Below are positions 62,238 to 64,000 of a stretch of DNA of 64,000 nt, piece by piece. Numbering within the stretch: position 1 is the stretch's first letter; every line of letters begins with the position of its first letter. The position numbers and the translations under genes were made by a program. This stretch comes from Hydrolagus affinis (Eukaryota), in the NCBI GenBank assembly GCA_012026655.1, contig JAAILG010001166.1, forward strand, positions 1 through 64,000. Direction: 5' to 3'. The notes under the pieces are model-generated. The model saw only the letters and a program-made list of their open reading frames with translations. It was not told where the DNA came from and searched no databases.

Positions 62238-64000
62238 TTATTATAAGAATTTCATCTCTTTCAATCACTGGAGTTTCTCTTAGAGGAAAGGTGGCATTTC
62301 TGAGCAAGGGAACCATAATAATGAACGAATGTGATTGATTGGTTGGTTGTCAAATCTTATTGAACAATTGATTGTTAAACCAATAATGGCTTTGTATTGA
62401 ACGTTTGGAACTCTTGTTCTTAAGCACAATCGGTTATAAATAAAACACAACCAACTCAGTCCATCGTGATCCGCAAATTCGAGATATTTATTTGCAACCT
62501 TTCATCCACGGCACATTACCAAGCATTTCAGCATCACACAGGGAGAGACACTGGGAGCGGACAGACAGCACAGTGGAAAAGCTTACTAAAGTTCTTCTGT
62601 TACAAAGGGGGGAAAGTAAGCACGAAGGAGGTTTTATGCAAAGATCCCAACCTCTCGCTTGTTAAATGCCTTTCTCTCAGGGGGATGGCAAAATGCGTGA
62701 GAAAACAGGTGGAGGGTCGAAAAGTACGGTGCAAACTTTGTCTGAATCCGTCATGTTGGCAGCAAAGCTGGAGGATTAGTTAATGGGGCAGCAAAGTGAT
62801 CTGTGACAAGTTGCTCTTTGATACATCCAACCTACAAACCAAACATTTTATTGACTATCATACAGGTATTTAAAATAAAAAGCACAATACCTCTCAATGT
62901 TAGTGTCAGTCCCAAGTTCTTTTTGACCAGTCAAAAAGAGTTGATTCCTTATCACAATTTTTTCTTATACAAACACACACACATATGGAGGTGCTTTGTC
63001 GAACCGAGGTTGGCTTTCGCAGGCGGGTCAGTCTGACGAGGGGGTATTTTGCTCACTTTCGTTTTGAAAGAAAAATAGCACTACAAGAGTGGCTCTTTGC
63101 ATAAATCCTGCAAAAATATACCAGCATTCAAATCAATATCACACCAATAATAAGAAGAATCCTTGCATTTGATATAGCGCCTCATCACGTCTTCGAGACG
63201 TCTCAAAGCGTTTCACAGAATATACTATAAAGAGTAGTGACTGTATATTGGGAATGGTGGCTTTGATGGAGATATATCTTTCTAAAATTGGTAGTTTCCA
63301 TGTTAACGAATAGGTTCGGAAAACAACCGACAGCACACACGTAAGCTATGGAAAAGATACATCCCCAATTTGTTTTTACTAGTGTAGAAATAAAATTCAG
63401 AAATCCCTCAGTTACGCGGATGAAATACAATATTTTGGTGACTAAAGTAGTCTCACTTCCACCAGTTAAGTGGAGTCATGAAGGCAATTTTGTGAGCTGT
63501 TTTACTGACTTGAGACTGGTGCCTTGGGACCCAATCTTTAGGACGCACTGTAAAGTTTGTTGTAACAGCCCAGAAGAGAGTTAAAAGGGCAAATTACTGC
63601 TTTGCTGGTGCACTACTCCTGTGGTCACTGACAAGCCTGTTCAACAAACTTGTAAAAGTTGTGAGCAGTTTATTAGTAGTTCAGCCACATCTGGAGCCTT
63701 CCAAACACTTAGGACACAAATTTGCGATTAGAAAGAGGACAAACTTAGAGGCCGGGAGAGGTCGGATTGTTCTGTTCCCTTATGTAGCCGCAATCTGATT
63801 CCAACGACAGCACATTCTAGGGCTTTTTTTCTGGTGGGGGATCTGTTTTATTTTGTCATTCATTAAAAAAAAGGGGGGGAAAAAACTAAGAGAGGTGTAT
63901 GCTATAATTTGAACGTTTGTGATCTAACGCACGTAAGTCAAGCGGGACTTTTCTCATAACGCCACGTTGTCTGAAACTGTCACTGTCTCGAGCTTTCAAT

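Overview
Vertebrate genomic DNA that is mostly intronic or intergenic and dense in retroposons, with a 151-N assembly gap at 6769-6919. The repeat content (tRNA-derived SINEs with L2-type tails, Deu-domain SINE relics, L2 and CR1 fragments) suggests a cartilaginous fish, possibly a chimaera such as Callorhinchus; this is an inference. One protein-coding gene could be rebuilt by hand: a SMIM29 (C6orf1)-like single-pass membrane protein on the + strand. It has four coding exons (53899-54006, 56237-56262, 57481-57586, 59305-59373), all with GT-AG introns and matching phases, giving 102 aa, plus a probable non-coding first exon ending at 50657. A CpG-rich promoter/first-exon region at about 5.8-6.7 kb belongs to a gene I could not identify. 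Nearly all ORF-track entries are repeat-derived or chance frames. I see no convincing new multi-gene system. The most interesting signals are a stop-start uORF chain abutting the SMIM29 start codon, a possible alternative last exon, modular SINE evolution (long, short and hybrid forms), covarying LINE/SINE 3' hairpins, repeated nested insertions into those hairpins, and a rearranged chimeric L2.
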